A stretch of 64,000 bases of DNA from NCBI GenBank assembly GCA_023213395.1, contig CM041465.1, positions 163,377,741 to 163,441,740 of the forward strand. The letters run 5' to 3'. The notes below the pieces were generated by a model, which saw nothing but the letters and a program-made list of their open reading frames with translations, was not told the origin of the DNA and searched no databases. Below are positions 26,309-38,129 of the stretch, piece after piece. Origin of the DNA: Cycas panzhihuaensis. Lineage: Eukaryota; Plantae; Cycadophyta. The translations under genes and the position numbers were made by a program. How positions within the stretch are numbered: the stretch's first letter is position 1; every line of letters starts with the position of its first letter.

Positions 26309-29300
26309 GGCCCCCTCCTTTGAGACGCTGAGTCCCCACAGTGTTGGAGATGAGGATGTTGCTGGATAAACTCATCCGACTCCCAAGTAGCTTCATCAGC
26401 ATCATAACTGACCCACTGTACTAAGTGTTCAGAAATAGTGCGATTCTGGAGGTGGTGCTAGTGACTAGTAAGGATTTTATCAAGAGGAATTGTAAGAGTT
26501 TGCTCTTCAGAGAAAATGGATAGGGTTGTGTGGGATGTAACTTTAGCTTCAAGGTATTTTTTTTAGGTAGGACACGTAGAAGACATTATGGATATTAGTG
26601 TTTGGGGGAAGTTTAAGGGCATAAGCAACTTCATCAATTTTGTGCAGGATCTTATAAGGGCCATAGTAATGGGGGCTTAGTTTATGCCTTTGATAGGACT
26701 TGAGTGATTGTTGCTTATAAGGTTGGAGATGAAGGTATACTAGATATCCAATATCAAAGGATTGATCAGATCGATGGCTGTCTGCAAGTTGCTTCATTCA
26801 ATTTCGAGCAGTGGCTAGATTTTGTCGAAGGGCATGCAAGATTTGATCCATTTCTTGAAGCTTTTGTTACATAGAAGCTGTTCTAAAGTTTGTGGCTAGG
26901 GTATGATGGGAAGGTAGGTGGTAGCCATAAAGAGCTAAAAAGGGGGACATACCAATGGTAGAATGATGGAAGGAGTTATACCAATACTTAGCTAGGGCAA
27001 GCCATGAGGTCTACTTAGCTTGGTGTTCTGAGGCAAAGCAACATAGATAAGTTTCTAAAGTTTTGTTTAGAACCTCAGATTGGCCATCTATTTATAGATG
27101 GTAGGTAGAGCTCATGTTAAATGAGGTTCCAACAGCCTTAAAGAGTTCTTGCCAAAAGGAGCTAGTAAACTTAGGGTCTTAGTTATAAACAATAGATGAT
27201 GGGAAGCCATAAAGGCGAAATATCAATTGGACATATAAGTTAGCGAGATGGAAGGATGAATATGAGGTGTGCACTGGGAGAAAGTGTGAGTACTTGGTTA
27301 ATCAATCAATAATGAGCCAAATGGAGTCAAACCTGGTAGATGGAGGTAGGCTCGTGATGAAGTCCATGGCAATGTCTTGCCACTTACCTAGAGGAATATT
27401 TAATGGTTAGAGAAGGCTAGGGAGAGGTTTGGTCTCTACTTTATTTTGTTAAGAGGTGTCACATTCTAATACAAAGGTGAATATGGTGGTCTTTATGTGG
27501 GGCCAAAAGAAATTTGCGCGAATTAGTCGATAAGTCTTATCGAAGATGGAGTGGCTGCCGAGAGGGGATGAGTGGTATTTTATTAGGATTTTAGGAATGA
27601 ATGAGGAGGAGGGATGGACAAAAATACGATTGTGGTAGAGGAGGTGATTGTTGAAGGTTGACCAACTTTTATGGGTGAGAACTTTTTCCTTCCAATAAGG
27701 ATAGTCTGGTTGGGCTTGATTTTCAACACATAGTTCATCAAGCCAAAGTGGTTGGGGGTTGCTGATGGCATGGAGGCTTGGGTTAGGAACATTGTTGTCA
27801 GGATGGAGACATGAGAGAGCATCTGCCACTGTATTGTATTTGCTTGTTTTATATGCTATTAAGAAGTCAAAGACTTGTAATTGAGTAATCAATGAACCTA
27901 CTTAGCTTGTTCTTTAGATAAGACTGGTTAAGTCAATAAATTATGGAGGCTACAATGATCCATGAGAATAGTGAACTTAGAGCCTAAGAGATATTACCAC
28001 CATTTATTAATAGCATGGAGAATAGACTTCATTTCTTTCTGATATGTAGAGAGATGAAGTTTGTGATCTTTTAATTTTCGATTTTCAAATGCAATGGGAT
28101 GAGAGTCTTGTATTAGGACTGTGCCTAAACCAAACCCTGAAGCATTGCATTCAAGTTGGAAAGGCTGGTTAAAATCAGAAGTGATGAGGACCGAAGTGGA
28201 GGTCATTACAACCTCGAGGTGGGAAAAGGTAGCATCTGCTTTGGGAGACCATTGAAAAGCCTCTTTATGAAGGACGTTGGTTAATGGGGTGGTAAGAGTA
28301 GCATAGTTACGCACAAAGTGTCGATAAAACCTTGTGAGCCCAAGAAATGCTCGTAGTTGGGTAAGGGTGGTTGGTGTTGGCTACATTGTGATGACTGATA
28401 TTTTATTGATGTCTACGCGGACCCCTTTTAATGATATGATGTGACCTAAATATTTGAGTTTTGATTATCCAAACTCACACTTGATAGTTTTGCATAGAGT
28501 TGGTGGTTCTACAATATTTGGAGAACAATTTCTAAGTGTTGGATATGGAGATCTAGGCAGGCACTATAAATAGGAATGTTATCAAAGAAAACTATGATAA
28601 ACTTTCAAAGGCAGGGCCCAAAGATTTTATTCATGAGAGCTTGGAAGGTTGCCAGGGCATTACAAAGGCCAAAGGGCATTGCTCGAAACTCAAAATGGTC
28701 ATGATGTGTGTGAAATACTGTCTTATGACAATCTTGTGGGGTAATTGGGATTTGGTAGTAACTAGATTGGAGGTCTAACTTAGAAAAGATGGTTACACCA
28801 TGTATTTCATCTAGCATGTCATCTATGCGAGGGGTGGGAAACTTATTTTTAATGGTAATCTTATTTAATTCCCTATAGTTAACACAAAGGTGAAAGGAGC
28901 CATCCTTCTTCTGAACTAAAATAATTGGGGCTACATAAGGGCTTTTACTTGGTTGGATTATGCCCATGTCAAGGAGCTCATTTGTGAGTTTCTCAATTTT
29001 ATTATTTTGGAAGTATGAGTTACAGTAAGTTCAAAGGCTTATGGGGTCATGGTTAGATTGGAGGTCAATTGTATGATAGAAATCGTGGTCGAGAGGGGTA
29101 GTGGCAGGCATAGGGGTGAATACTTATTTATATTAGGTAATGACATCTTAGATATGTGGATGAATTTGTGGTTTAATTTGAATATTATTTAGGCAGACTA
29201 TATACCCTAGGTGAGATTGAAGATAGCATTTCATACGTCTGGGAGAGACCACTTGGTTAGGGGGGGATTGCATTTCGTAAATTTTGTAATTTTCCCCATG

Positions 29301-32101
29301 TGGTCTTTAAGGGCAATGAATGGATTTATAGGCGAGTTATTTGTGCTATAGGTCCCTAGTGTTTGCAACCATTGAATCCCTAAGATGGCATCAGATCCTC
29401 TTCTTGACAAGGCATAGAAGTAAGACACCAAAAGGTATGAGCCAGTTTGGACTTGGAGGTTTTTAATAACACCTATATAATGGAGTTTCTGGTACCCTGG
29501 TAGAGAACATATGAAGCCAGTTTTTAGGATAATATATAGGTTAAGTTATCTGGATATCGAAATATTAATGAAGTTAAGTGATACACCACCATCGATCAAG
29601 ATAGATATTGGAGTCTTGCGGAGAATGCCTCTAACTCTTAGGGGTTCAGGGTAGGAGGAGGTAGTGATAGTGGATATAGATACTTTGGGTTGGGGGTTTG
29701 GTGCAGGATCATCATGGGTTTTATCATCAGCCTCCTGGTCAGAGTCAGAATCAGAGGGATCATTAGGGGAGAGGGATGGATCAATGGAGAAAACCATACA
29801 CTATACTTTGCAAAAATGACCATGCCCAGAAGTCCACTTTTCTACACACTGTATACAAAGGCCAACCTCAAGCCAATGCTGTACTTCAGCTTGAGAAATT
29901 TGGACTCTTTTGGTGGATATATCCTCATTTTAGTGATCAATAGATGGTCGAGAATCATCCTGTCGTAGCCAAGGATGTGTGAAGTCAACTTGAGGATAAG
30001 AGGCATCATCAAATCGAGGTCGAGGTCATTGGAAGTCTACCTATCGAGTGTGTGAGAACCAAGAGTTATCCCATTGAAGAGTTGAGGGTCTGTCTACTGC
30101 AAACTCAACTTCTACTGTATGGACCCACTTGAAAGCTTCCTTAAGGGAGTAAATTGCCATTGTCTTTAATCTCATCTGATTACGGTCTTGGAGTCCTACC
30201 ACATAAATATCAATCACTGTTTATTTGTCCAAGTTTTGGCTTTGTGACGTACAGTTATATAAAGCTTGAAATTCATCTGTATAAGCTTTTATAATTGATG
30301 TCTGCTTAAGCTGGGTGAGTTATGTGAAAAAAGATTGACTCCATGTATCTTCATATTGTTCAAAGAAACAACTAGTGAAGTGGGACTAAGTTTGGTGAGA
30401 GGGATATTCCTGCTTCCACTAGTTAAACTAATGGTGAGCTCGACCATTTAAGTGAATGGAAGCATATAAGAGTTGGTCCTCTTCTAACATCAGGTGGAGA
30501 GTGAAGTAGGATTCTAACTTGTTAATCTAGCTTCGAGTGCACTCTTTATTCACATCTGGGTCAAAGGTAGGAATGTTGATCTTATAGTGGAAAAAAGGCT
30601 GTCTTGGTGGAGAACCTTCTATATATGCATTGCTTCCTAGAGAAGGGGGGGTTGGTTGTTCGTTGAGTTAGAAGCTCCTATGCTTTGGGTTGAGGTAGCA
30701 CCCACTGCTGAAGCAGTCCAAGAATCTCTTTCTTGGTGTCATCTAGGTCAGATGTGGTAGGCATGCTACCGAGTTTATCGTTGACCTCTATTTTGAAGTT
30801 AGACAAGTCATTAGTTAACTCAATTTTTTTTTTTTGTTTGACTTTTGGCTATTGGTGTTGAAGAAAGCGACTAAAGAAGCGGGAGTAAGTAGAAAGAAGG
30901 GAAAGAATGAAGTGGGATAGATTAAGAAAGAACAGGATATAAGAATAGGGAGTTGCTATATGGGAAAGAAGGGGTGAATAAGGGAATGTGGGGTGTCTAT
31001 AGCCTATTGACCCCAAAACTAAACAAGTAAGATATTTAGTCCACTAGAAAGAGCACAAAAAACTTATCAAAATGGGATGTATGAGTTTTTAAGGTGAATT
31101 TAGAGTGGTGGGACCCACCAGTGGCCCAGGTACAAAAAAGAGTGAGAATTAGAGGTATAGACTAACCTAGTGCAAAATGACCCTTATGAGATACTAATCG
31201 AATTAAGGTATATGAGTTATAAGGGTAATTTTTTTGCACCGTGAGCAGGGGCTAAGTGGAGTTATTTTTTTATTTTTTTCAGAGGCTTGATTGTTCTGAT
31301 AAATTTTGAATTTAAGTAGTCAGTGGCTTGTGATATTAATTAAGATTAGGGTAGAGGAAGAAAAGAATGATCAGGTGTGTCCTACCCACTATAGAATGAG
31401 GTGTGCTTGGTCTTAGAGGCCTACTAATAAAATTCTAATGCAGAAGTTTGGGGCAGGTAACTTCGTGGCACTAACTGCTAACCATTGCACTATAAGACTT
31501 CAGCGACCGATAGTTTACTTGCGTTAGGGAGGGTTTTGGAATCCTAAAGGGGTCCTCCTATATACCTGGAGGTACATGGAGGCACACTTCTGTAGCCAGG
31601 TTCTGTCTAGGGCTTGGTTGAGGAGTGTTATCTCCAGTCCTTCATGCAAGGGGCAAAAAAGCCACGATGCATTTAGCCAGAATGACAGATTCCTATGATC
31701 TTTAAAGACCCTCGGTACATGGTCTCTACATAGCTACTTAGGTAGCCACTCAACGGTGTTATCTACCTAGAAAGGAGAGGTAAGAGGGGACACAAAGGGT
31801 ATCGCCCAACGGTGTTATCTACCCTTAGAATATAACCCAATGCAGAAAAAGAAAGCTTAAAAATTGAATTGAATGAAGAAGAAATAAATTATTTGCGGTA
31901 CCTGAAGGATGAAATTCCCCTTCGCTTCACGACCTCTAATCTGTCTTGCTACCGTTCCTCAATCTTCTTGGAGAGAGTACTAAGTGAAGGTCTTTTCTCA
32001 ATTTCTACCTAGGTAGAGAGAGTACTTAATCATAGAGGAAATATTTTTTTTTGTTATTCTAGGCAGCTTCCCATGATCGTAAATGCAGCTCTGATACCAC
32101 T

Positions 32102-32442
32102 TGGACTATTCCTTCTCAGAAATTTGGGCTCGTAGGAGTGATAATTAACAGAAAATAAAGCCAAATAACATGAGTGCACAAGCAGATCACAGAAAATGAA
32201 TCACCAAAATGAGTACCGAAGTACTTTCTCCTTTTAAGATATCATACTCAATAACATTACGAGTGATTTAACCCTTTAAATATACAAGTAAGGGTCTTCA
32301 TCCTTAATGATTCTATTAGTGGCCCTAGTGGCCTTACATCTTATTGGACGGCTTAGCGGTCCATACACATAACTTACTAAACCCCTTAATCCTTACTTGT
32401 TGGTGGTTTACGCTTGTTAAGGAAAGGTGGGGTTATGTTATA
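32102..32442 (-). repeat. 5' LTR of the chromovirus
   Basis: Adjacent to the PBS; repeat of 25968-26308. Confidence 0.95.
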
Positions 32443-35092
32443 GCTAGGACATACAAGACATCATCTAGATGTCTATATTCTCTTATATCTGTTACTAAGG
32501 CTATATTACCTTTATCAACTGATTTGTGGGAGGTATTATCTTCAAATATAATGGACCCCTTCTTGCTTTTGTCCAAAGTTTGAAATAAATGTTTCTTATT
32601 TGTCATATAGTTTGAACATCCTGAGCCAATATACTAGCTATTGTCCTCTTCCTCTTTAGTAGTGAAGCTAGATAAAAATAACCTGTTATTGTCCCTTGAT
32701 TTAGTTATATTATGGGCATTTCCTCTAGTGGGTGTTCTATGTTTTGAGAAACATTTATCTTCAGAATGGCCACTTCTATGGCAATATGAATAATATAGGG
32801 GATCTGTCCTTCCATAGCTTAAACTCCTACTTCATAAATAAGATCTATCAACATTAGAGGGTCTCCCATTTTCCTCATAATATAAAGCATGATTTTCTCT
32901 TGGTCTATTATCATAATAATCTTGATTGGACCTTAATGATTGAGGATTGCCTTGATAATTTGGACAACAAGTATGTCCTTCAAATTGTTTCCTTTAGTTT
33001 GTATACCTAGGAGGGTTCTCATTTTGTTGATTTCCTCCTTGCCTCCTTTGATGAGGGGCTTGATATTTGGGAGGATCTTGCTTAACATCCCTTCTAGGGT
33101 TCCTATCCCTTCTTTTTGGAGGTGATTCTTTAGACCTTGAAGTTCTTACTTGAGAATTGGATTGGATTCGTGCCTTTGTGGTAAAGGCATGTTCAAGTGA
33201 CTCATTGGTATTTTGTTATTCTTCTACTGATATGAGCATAGCACTAAGTTGTTCCACCTTTAATGTGCTTAGGTCTTTTGACACACTTATACTTATGGCA
33301 ACCATTTCAAATCTTCTAATCACACCAACACATCTTAGGATTCATTCAACCACCCTTTATTCTGTTAAGATATCACTAAGAGACCTCATTTGGTTAACTA
33401 TATCTTATACCTTTGCCATGAACTTAGTTATAGTTTCTATGGGCATCATACGCAAGTTTTCAAACTTGCTTCTATGATTTTGGAGCTTAGAATATGCATC
33501 TCCTTTATATATTAACTGAAGTATATCATAAGCTTTCTTTGATTTGGTGGACTCACTAACCCAAGGGAAAACATAATCTTCAAGTGCTCAAAATATAAGT
33601 ACCAAAGCCTCATTATCCTTCTTGACATTTTCTTTGTAGGTAACTTTCTCTACATTAGTTACATTTAGACCTAACTCATTGTACCCTAATTTCATAATCT
33701 CCCAAATCTCATTAGCTCTAAGGATGGGTCTCATCCTTCTACTCTAATTTAAGAAATTGTTCCTATCAAATTTTAAAATAATTATATTACCAAAACTTGA
33801 GGCCATGTTGAGCTAAGGTTTTTATTAAAAAATGTGATAAATAAAATGAGGTTTATAAGAGTTTGAATTTAGAGTTTGAACCACGTGTTAATGATCCAAG
33901 TTTTACCCAAAGTTTCAAAAGTGGACTAGTACTTAATAAGGTTATTAAGCTCTAAATTTAAGGGTCTCCAAGGGAAACTTTAAGTTGTTATCCTGTTTAG
34001 TGGCATCTACCCACAAATGACAAAATAGGAACCCAATATACCAATATGTAAGCTCAAGGCTTGATATACCTTAGTACATGGGCTGTTAAGAAGGTTTTTA
34101 CACCCCCTTGAATTGTGGATCCACTTGGGTCAGACTAATGCCTAGCAACAGATCTAGTAGTGAAGGTTACTTGAACCAAAGTACTCACCCTCTCTAAGTC
34201 TAGCCTTGGTCTCTAAATACCAAATGAGAAAAGGTTCTACACCTCAGCCTACCATCAAATACACTTGATAGCTAATGGCTTTCTTTATCCAATATGAGTG
34301 GGCCAATTAACGCGTACAAGGTGGTAACTTCAAGGGTCCTAACCGTTCCCCTTGTAAGGTTGGAAATAAGGGTGTTTAATTCAAGAATTATATTTTTTAA
34401 TGTGATGATATATTAATTAATGATCATGGTCTTGCTTAGAGTTTTAAAATAAATTCCTTTTATACCAAAAATAAAGTAACTAAAAGGAAAAATAATATTC
34501 ACTTACATTCTTCGTGTGATTGTAAGTATGGGCTTACATATTCCTGTCTGAAGTCTATATTTTTCCCAACATTCCCCTTGATGATAATATGATTCAACTT
34601 CCACTTTGGGTGGAATGGAAGAGGGTCCCAATACTCTACTCAACTCTATCCATTCTACTCATCATAAGTTTAGATGATAATGGAACCAATGCGTGCATTT
34701 ACTTACTACATACTATTATGCATATACTAATAAGTAGGCATAAGATAATCACAAGTATTAATTAACTCTATCACATGTTTAATCCAGAACATACAACAAT
34801 CCATTAATGGAGGGAGAAACCATAATCATTATGTTAATGATGGGTTGCATCCGATTCTCTCATAACTAGATGCCAACCTAGAGTAGTATATAGAATCCTT
34901 ATAAGCATAATATATAACAAGCTTAATTATAGTTACATAAATGCATAGTGTGTTATATCAGTAATATAATTAGATGCACATACACATCCTTTCATTAAAA
35001 GATATTCTTTATTTATTCTTATCTATACAACTATTAGTTACTACAGGTCCTATGGTTCTAGAATCAATTGCAATGACTTGCTCGAAGACTAT

Positions 35093-37202
35093 TGTTACAT
35101 GCTTATCCTGTAACCAAATCAATATAAAGAAATATACAGAGAAATAGAAGAAATAAGATGAAAGAAGAAGGTAGGGTTCCGAAGAACATCCATTAACATA
35201 TCATTGTATCATATTCTCCTCTTTACAATAGAGTGGGGTATATATAACACTCACCCCCATATTATTATATTCCTACCTTTATATCAACCAATCCTATTAA
35301 TCCTCATATGATGGAGGGTCATAGCCCTCTCTAACATGTGGTGTAGGCTCACCACATTCCCTCTCCCCTTAGATGCTTCGCCCTCGAGCATCCCGACATA
35401 GATGCATGTGACCACCTCCGCTATGGTGTCCAAACCGATAGGTCCATTGAAGGTTGTCTCGAAAATCAAGCATAGAATAAGGATCTATCCATCCCAAGTA
35501 GATCTTTATGTGTCCAGCATCTCTATAACCTTGGAACCTTAAGCTTGAATGATTTGTATGCTTGCGGTACTTAGTTTGTGAGGGCTTTGTGTAATACGTG
35601 CGTCGATGTTGAGTCTCCTGATAATGTGGGTGTCGATAAGGTCCCACTTTGGTATGTGCTCCAGCTTTTGATGAGTGATGATCTTCCTTATCCTTGACTA
35701 CGACTGGTGGTGTGGAATGACAAACAGTTTCTACTGTGTTACCCTGCTGCTCCTTTTCTCCCTTATCATCTTTCTTTTGCTCTTGACTTTGAGGAGTGGG
35801 GAGAATTCCTTGTTCCACCTTACGATTATATTTTTCAAGTATTTGACGAGCTTCTTGTTTATCTTGCTCAAGGCTTTGCATCTGATTCCACCAAGAAGCA
35901 TCATATTTGTTACAGATATCAAATTGTAGCCAGAAAAATGACTTAAATGGACTAAATTCGCCATACCACTCCTTAAACCAAAGGTAAGCCTCTCCTTGTA
36001 GATATAATGAGGCAACTTTAATCATCTCTTTATTGCTTCTGTAGTCATCATCAAGTGATTTTAAATATAGATGCATGTCTCTAACCCAATCATCTATAGA
36101 AAGAGTCCCATCTGCACTAAATATACGAGGTATGGGTCTTTTTGTATCCATGATAATATAGATGTTGGAGAGATTAGGGGTGTCTATAGCCTGTTATCCC
36201 CTAATTTTAATACAAAGAAATATTAGGCCTCAAGAGCAATGGTTTTGTGACCAAGGTTTGAACAACCAAATATAATATAGAAACTTTAACTTTAACTTTA
36301 AAATTTTAATTATGAAAAAAATATGGCCCAAAAGCATATAAAATATGGCTAAAAGTCACGGCCACAAAAATATGATTCCAACGGTTTAGACAGAATTTAA
36401 TTCTGACGTCTAAATCAAAAGTTATAGCTGTTTAAGAAATTTGTTGCTAGGGTTTCTAAGGATGGTAATAGTACCTTCTAATAAAATGCCAATAACTCTC
36501 TGCTCTAACCTCTGATTGACTTCAAACCACTTCCATTTGAAAGAAAATTTAAAAATGCATAGAATCAAAAAAAATTTGAGGTCATTTGGACACCTGTAGC
36601 CAAAGTTATGGCTCTTTGAAGTTGAGGTTGCAGATCTGTCCCAAAAATACGTCAACGGAAAGTAGGTTGAAATAAAATTGGCTATGATTTCTGTAACTTT
36701 TCGCTAAAACTAGCACTATGACCACTCAAAATTTATGGCACGGGCCCTTTCGTCTTGAATTCTTTGATGTTTCCTTAAGAATCTTTCGTCTTTGATCCCA
36801 ACGAGTAGAACTTTCATATGCTAAAACCCTTGAAAAAAAATTTGGTGAAAAATGAATTCCTAGCTCTTGTATGGATCAGAAAATGGCTTTGATCTTTTGG
36901 GTAGCTTTCCACGATCGCAACATAGCTCTGATACCACTTGTTACATGCTTATCCTGTAACCAAATCAATATAAAGAAATATACAGAGAAATAGAAGAAAT
37001 AAGATGAAAGAAGAAGGTAGGGTTCCGAAGAACATCCATTAACATATCATTGTATCATATTCTCCTCTTTACAATAGAGTGGGGTATATATAACACTCAC
37101 CCCCATATTATTATATTCCTACCTTTATATCAACCAATCCTATTAATCCTCATATGATGGAGGGTCATAGCCCTCTCTAACATGTGGTGTAGGCTCACCA
37201 CA
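35093..37202 (-). mobile_element. Very young non-autonomous gag-only LTR element (TR-GAG-like), 2110 bp
   Basis: Two 264-bp LTRs (35093-35356, 36939-37202) with no difference found by eye; perfect TSD ACTAT (35088-35092, 37203-37207); PBS complement GCTCTGATACCA at 36925-36936; PPT at 35357-35370; no pol. Confidence 0.96.
35369..36151 (-). CDS. Intact 260-aa Gag-like protein (gypsy-type capsid N-terminal half plus unrecognised C-terminus)
   Basis: ATG-to-stop ORF. 'IDDWVRDMHLYL..MIKVASLYLQGEAYLWF' matches the Ty3/gypsy Gag W..YF..A..YL.G.A..W pattern. The stop overlaps the PPT edge. Confidence 0.85.
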   Translation of the reverse strand: MDTKRPIPRIFSADGTLSIDDWVRDMHLYLKSLDDDYRSNKEMIKVASLYLQGEAYLWFKEWYGEFSPFKSFFWLQFDICNKYDASWWNQMQSLEQDKQEARQILEKYNRKVEQGILPTPQSQEQKKDDKGEKEQQGNTVETVCHSTPPVVVKDKEDHHSSKAGAHTKVGPYRHPHYQETQHRRTYYTKPSQTKYRKHTNHSSLRFQGYRDAGHIKIYLGWIDPYSMLDFRDNLQWTYRFGHHSGGGHMHLCRDARGRSI

Positions 37203-37592
37203 ACTATCATCCATCGTTTACTTCATTAAGGCATAATCGCTTACTATCTTCATGCAAGTTGTAACTATCTAGTAGTAATTACGATCGATGCAAACTCATA
37301 GCACACATTGTCATGTTAATTATGTCAGTTTTAAGCTAAACATATGGTTGTATAATCAATTTCATTATCACATAGGGAAGGGTATACATTCTTTAGTTGC
37401 AATAAGATGCTACATTTTTATCACATACTTTTTTATTATTTCCTTTAATTTGCACCATCATGAAAATTTATGTTGCATTACCATCACTTCTTAACTACTA
37501 TAAAATTTTATGTTTAGTAGTACTTGTAATTAAACACATTTCTTAACATATCTTATTTTTTAAAGGTCTTCTTATTTTTTATTTCTAAAACA

Positions 37593-37990
37593 ATGGCATA
37601 AGAAAATTTGGAAGATATTCCTAATTAGGATATTATCTTAAGTGAACTTGATGATATGATTATTTGCTTTAAAGTTTAGTAGATGAATGCTAATAATTAG
37701 TGATTGGTGGATATATAATAGGAAGGTATTAAGACATTTATTATGATAGGAGACTTATAATTCAAAAAATAATTTCCAATTATATTTATTAGGATGATGG
37801 AAGAAAAGAAGAAATTATTAGATTGCTTAGCCTCAAGAATCACCTAACTTACAAGGTTATTATTAGATGGACCACAAGTATTAAGAAACTTCCAAGGTAC
37901 ATAGGCAAATGCTACCAAATTTGTAAGTGCCAAAATTAATATTGCTTCAACTTTTAGAATTTGTATTGATAAGGTACTTGATAAAGATTT
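37593..37990 (+). pseudogene. Decayed ORF of unknown function
   Basis: One frame reads 'MA*ENLEDIPN*DIILSELDDMIICF...RMMEEKKKLLDCLASRIT*LTRLLLDGPQVLRNFQGT*ANATKFVSAKINIASTFRICIDKVLDKD' with TAA/TAG/TGA stops. Confidence 0.35.
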
Positions 37991-38129
37991 GTGTTGGGTT
38001 GAGTAAGTCTCATTGGCATATAAACCATGGAATTAGTTTGGTGGATGCAAGGAAAACCTAATTTGAAGTTGGTTGTAGGTGATTTTTGTTCTTAAATTAT
38101 GAATGGTTTTATTAAGAGGGGGCATTTAG

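Larger units (their letters stand above)
25968..32442 (-). mobile_element. Full-length chromoviral Ty3/gypsy element (Reina-like) nested in copia
   Basis: 341-bp LTRs at 25968-26308 and 32102-32442; Met-PBS complement GCTCTGATACCA at 32088-32099; PPT at 26309-26320. Decayed TSD GTTGG/GCTAG; removing the element restores host 'VLYVPALKKNLLSVG'. Protease 'ILIDGG', RT 'KKDGSFHLCVNYRELN', RH, INT, chromodomain 'HLVQWVSYDADEATWESDEF' (~26350-26430). Confidence 0.95.
22703..34500 (-). mobile_element. Ty1/copia element with long leader; 5' LTR missing; hosts a nested chromovirus
   Basis: 3' LTR at ~22703-23083 (plus TGTAAA...CCTAACA, TATA-like ~22835) and PPT at 23084-23093. RH/RT ORFs at 23324-24431, integrase 24720-25664, protease and gag 32443-33808, leader to ~34500. 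Related to the 47703-54840 element. Confidence 0.88.
34695..37310 (-). pseudogene. ORF-X copy 2, split by the 35093-37202 insertion
   Basis: Colinear with ~7330-7825; reads 'EQVIAIDSRTIGPVVTN..AYKDSIYYSRLASSYERIGCNPSL..LWFLPPLMDCCMFWIKHVIELIN'. Homology resumes right after the TSD at 37208. Confidence 0.65.

Noticed and set aside
33157-33477. Similar ORFs at 33157-33477 (+) and 50865-51095 (-) as a conserved gene
   Set aside because: Both are antisense shadows of homologous copia gag sequence.
34210-34226. Apparent PBS (CTCTAAATACCA) followed by TG as a 5' LTR start
   Set aside because: It lies inside the leader block homologous to 49985-50375, and the downstream sequence does not match the 3' LTR.
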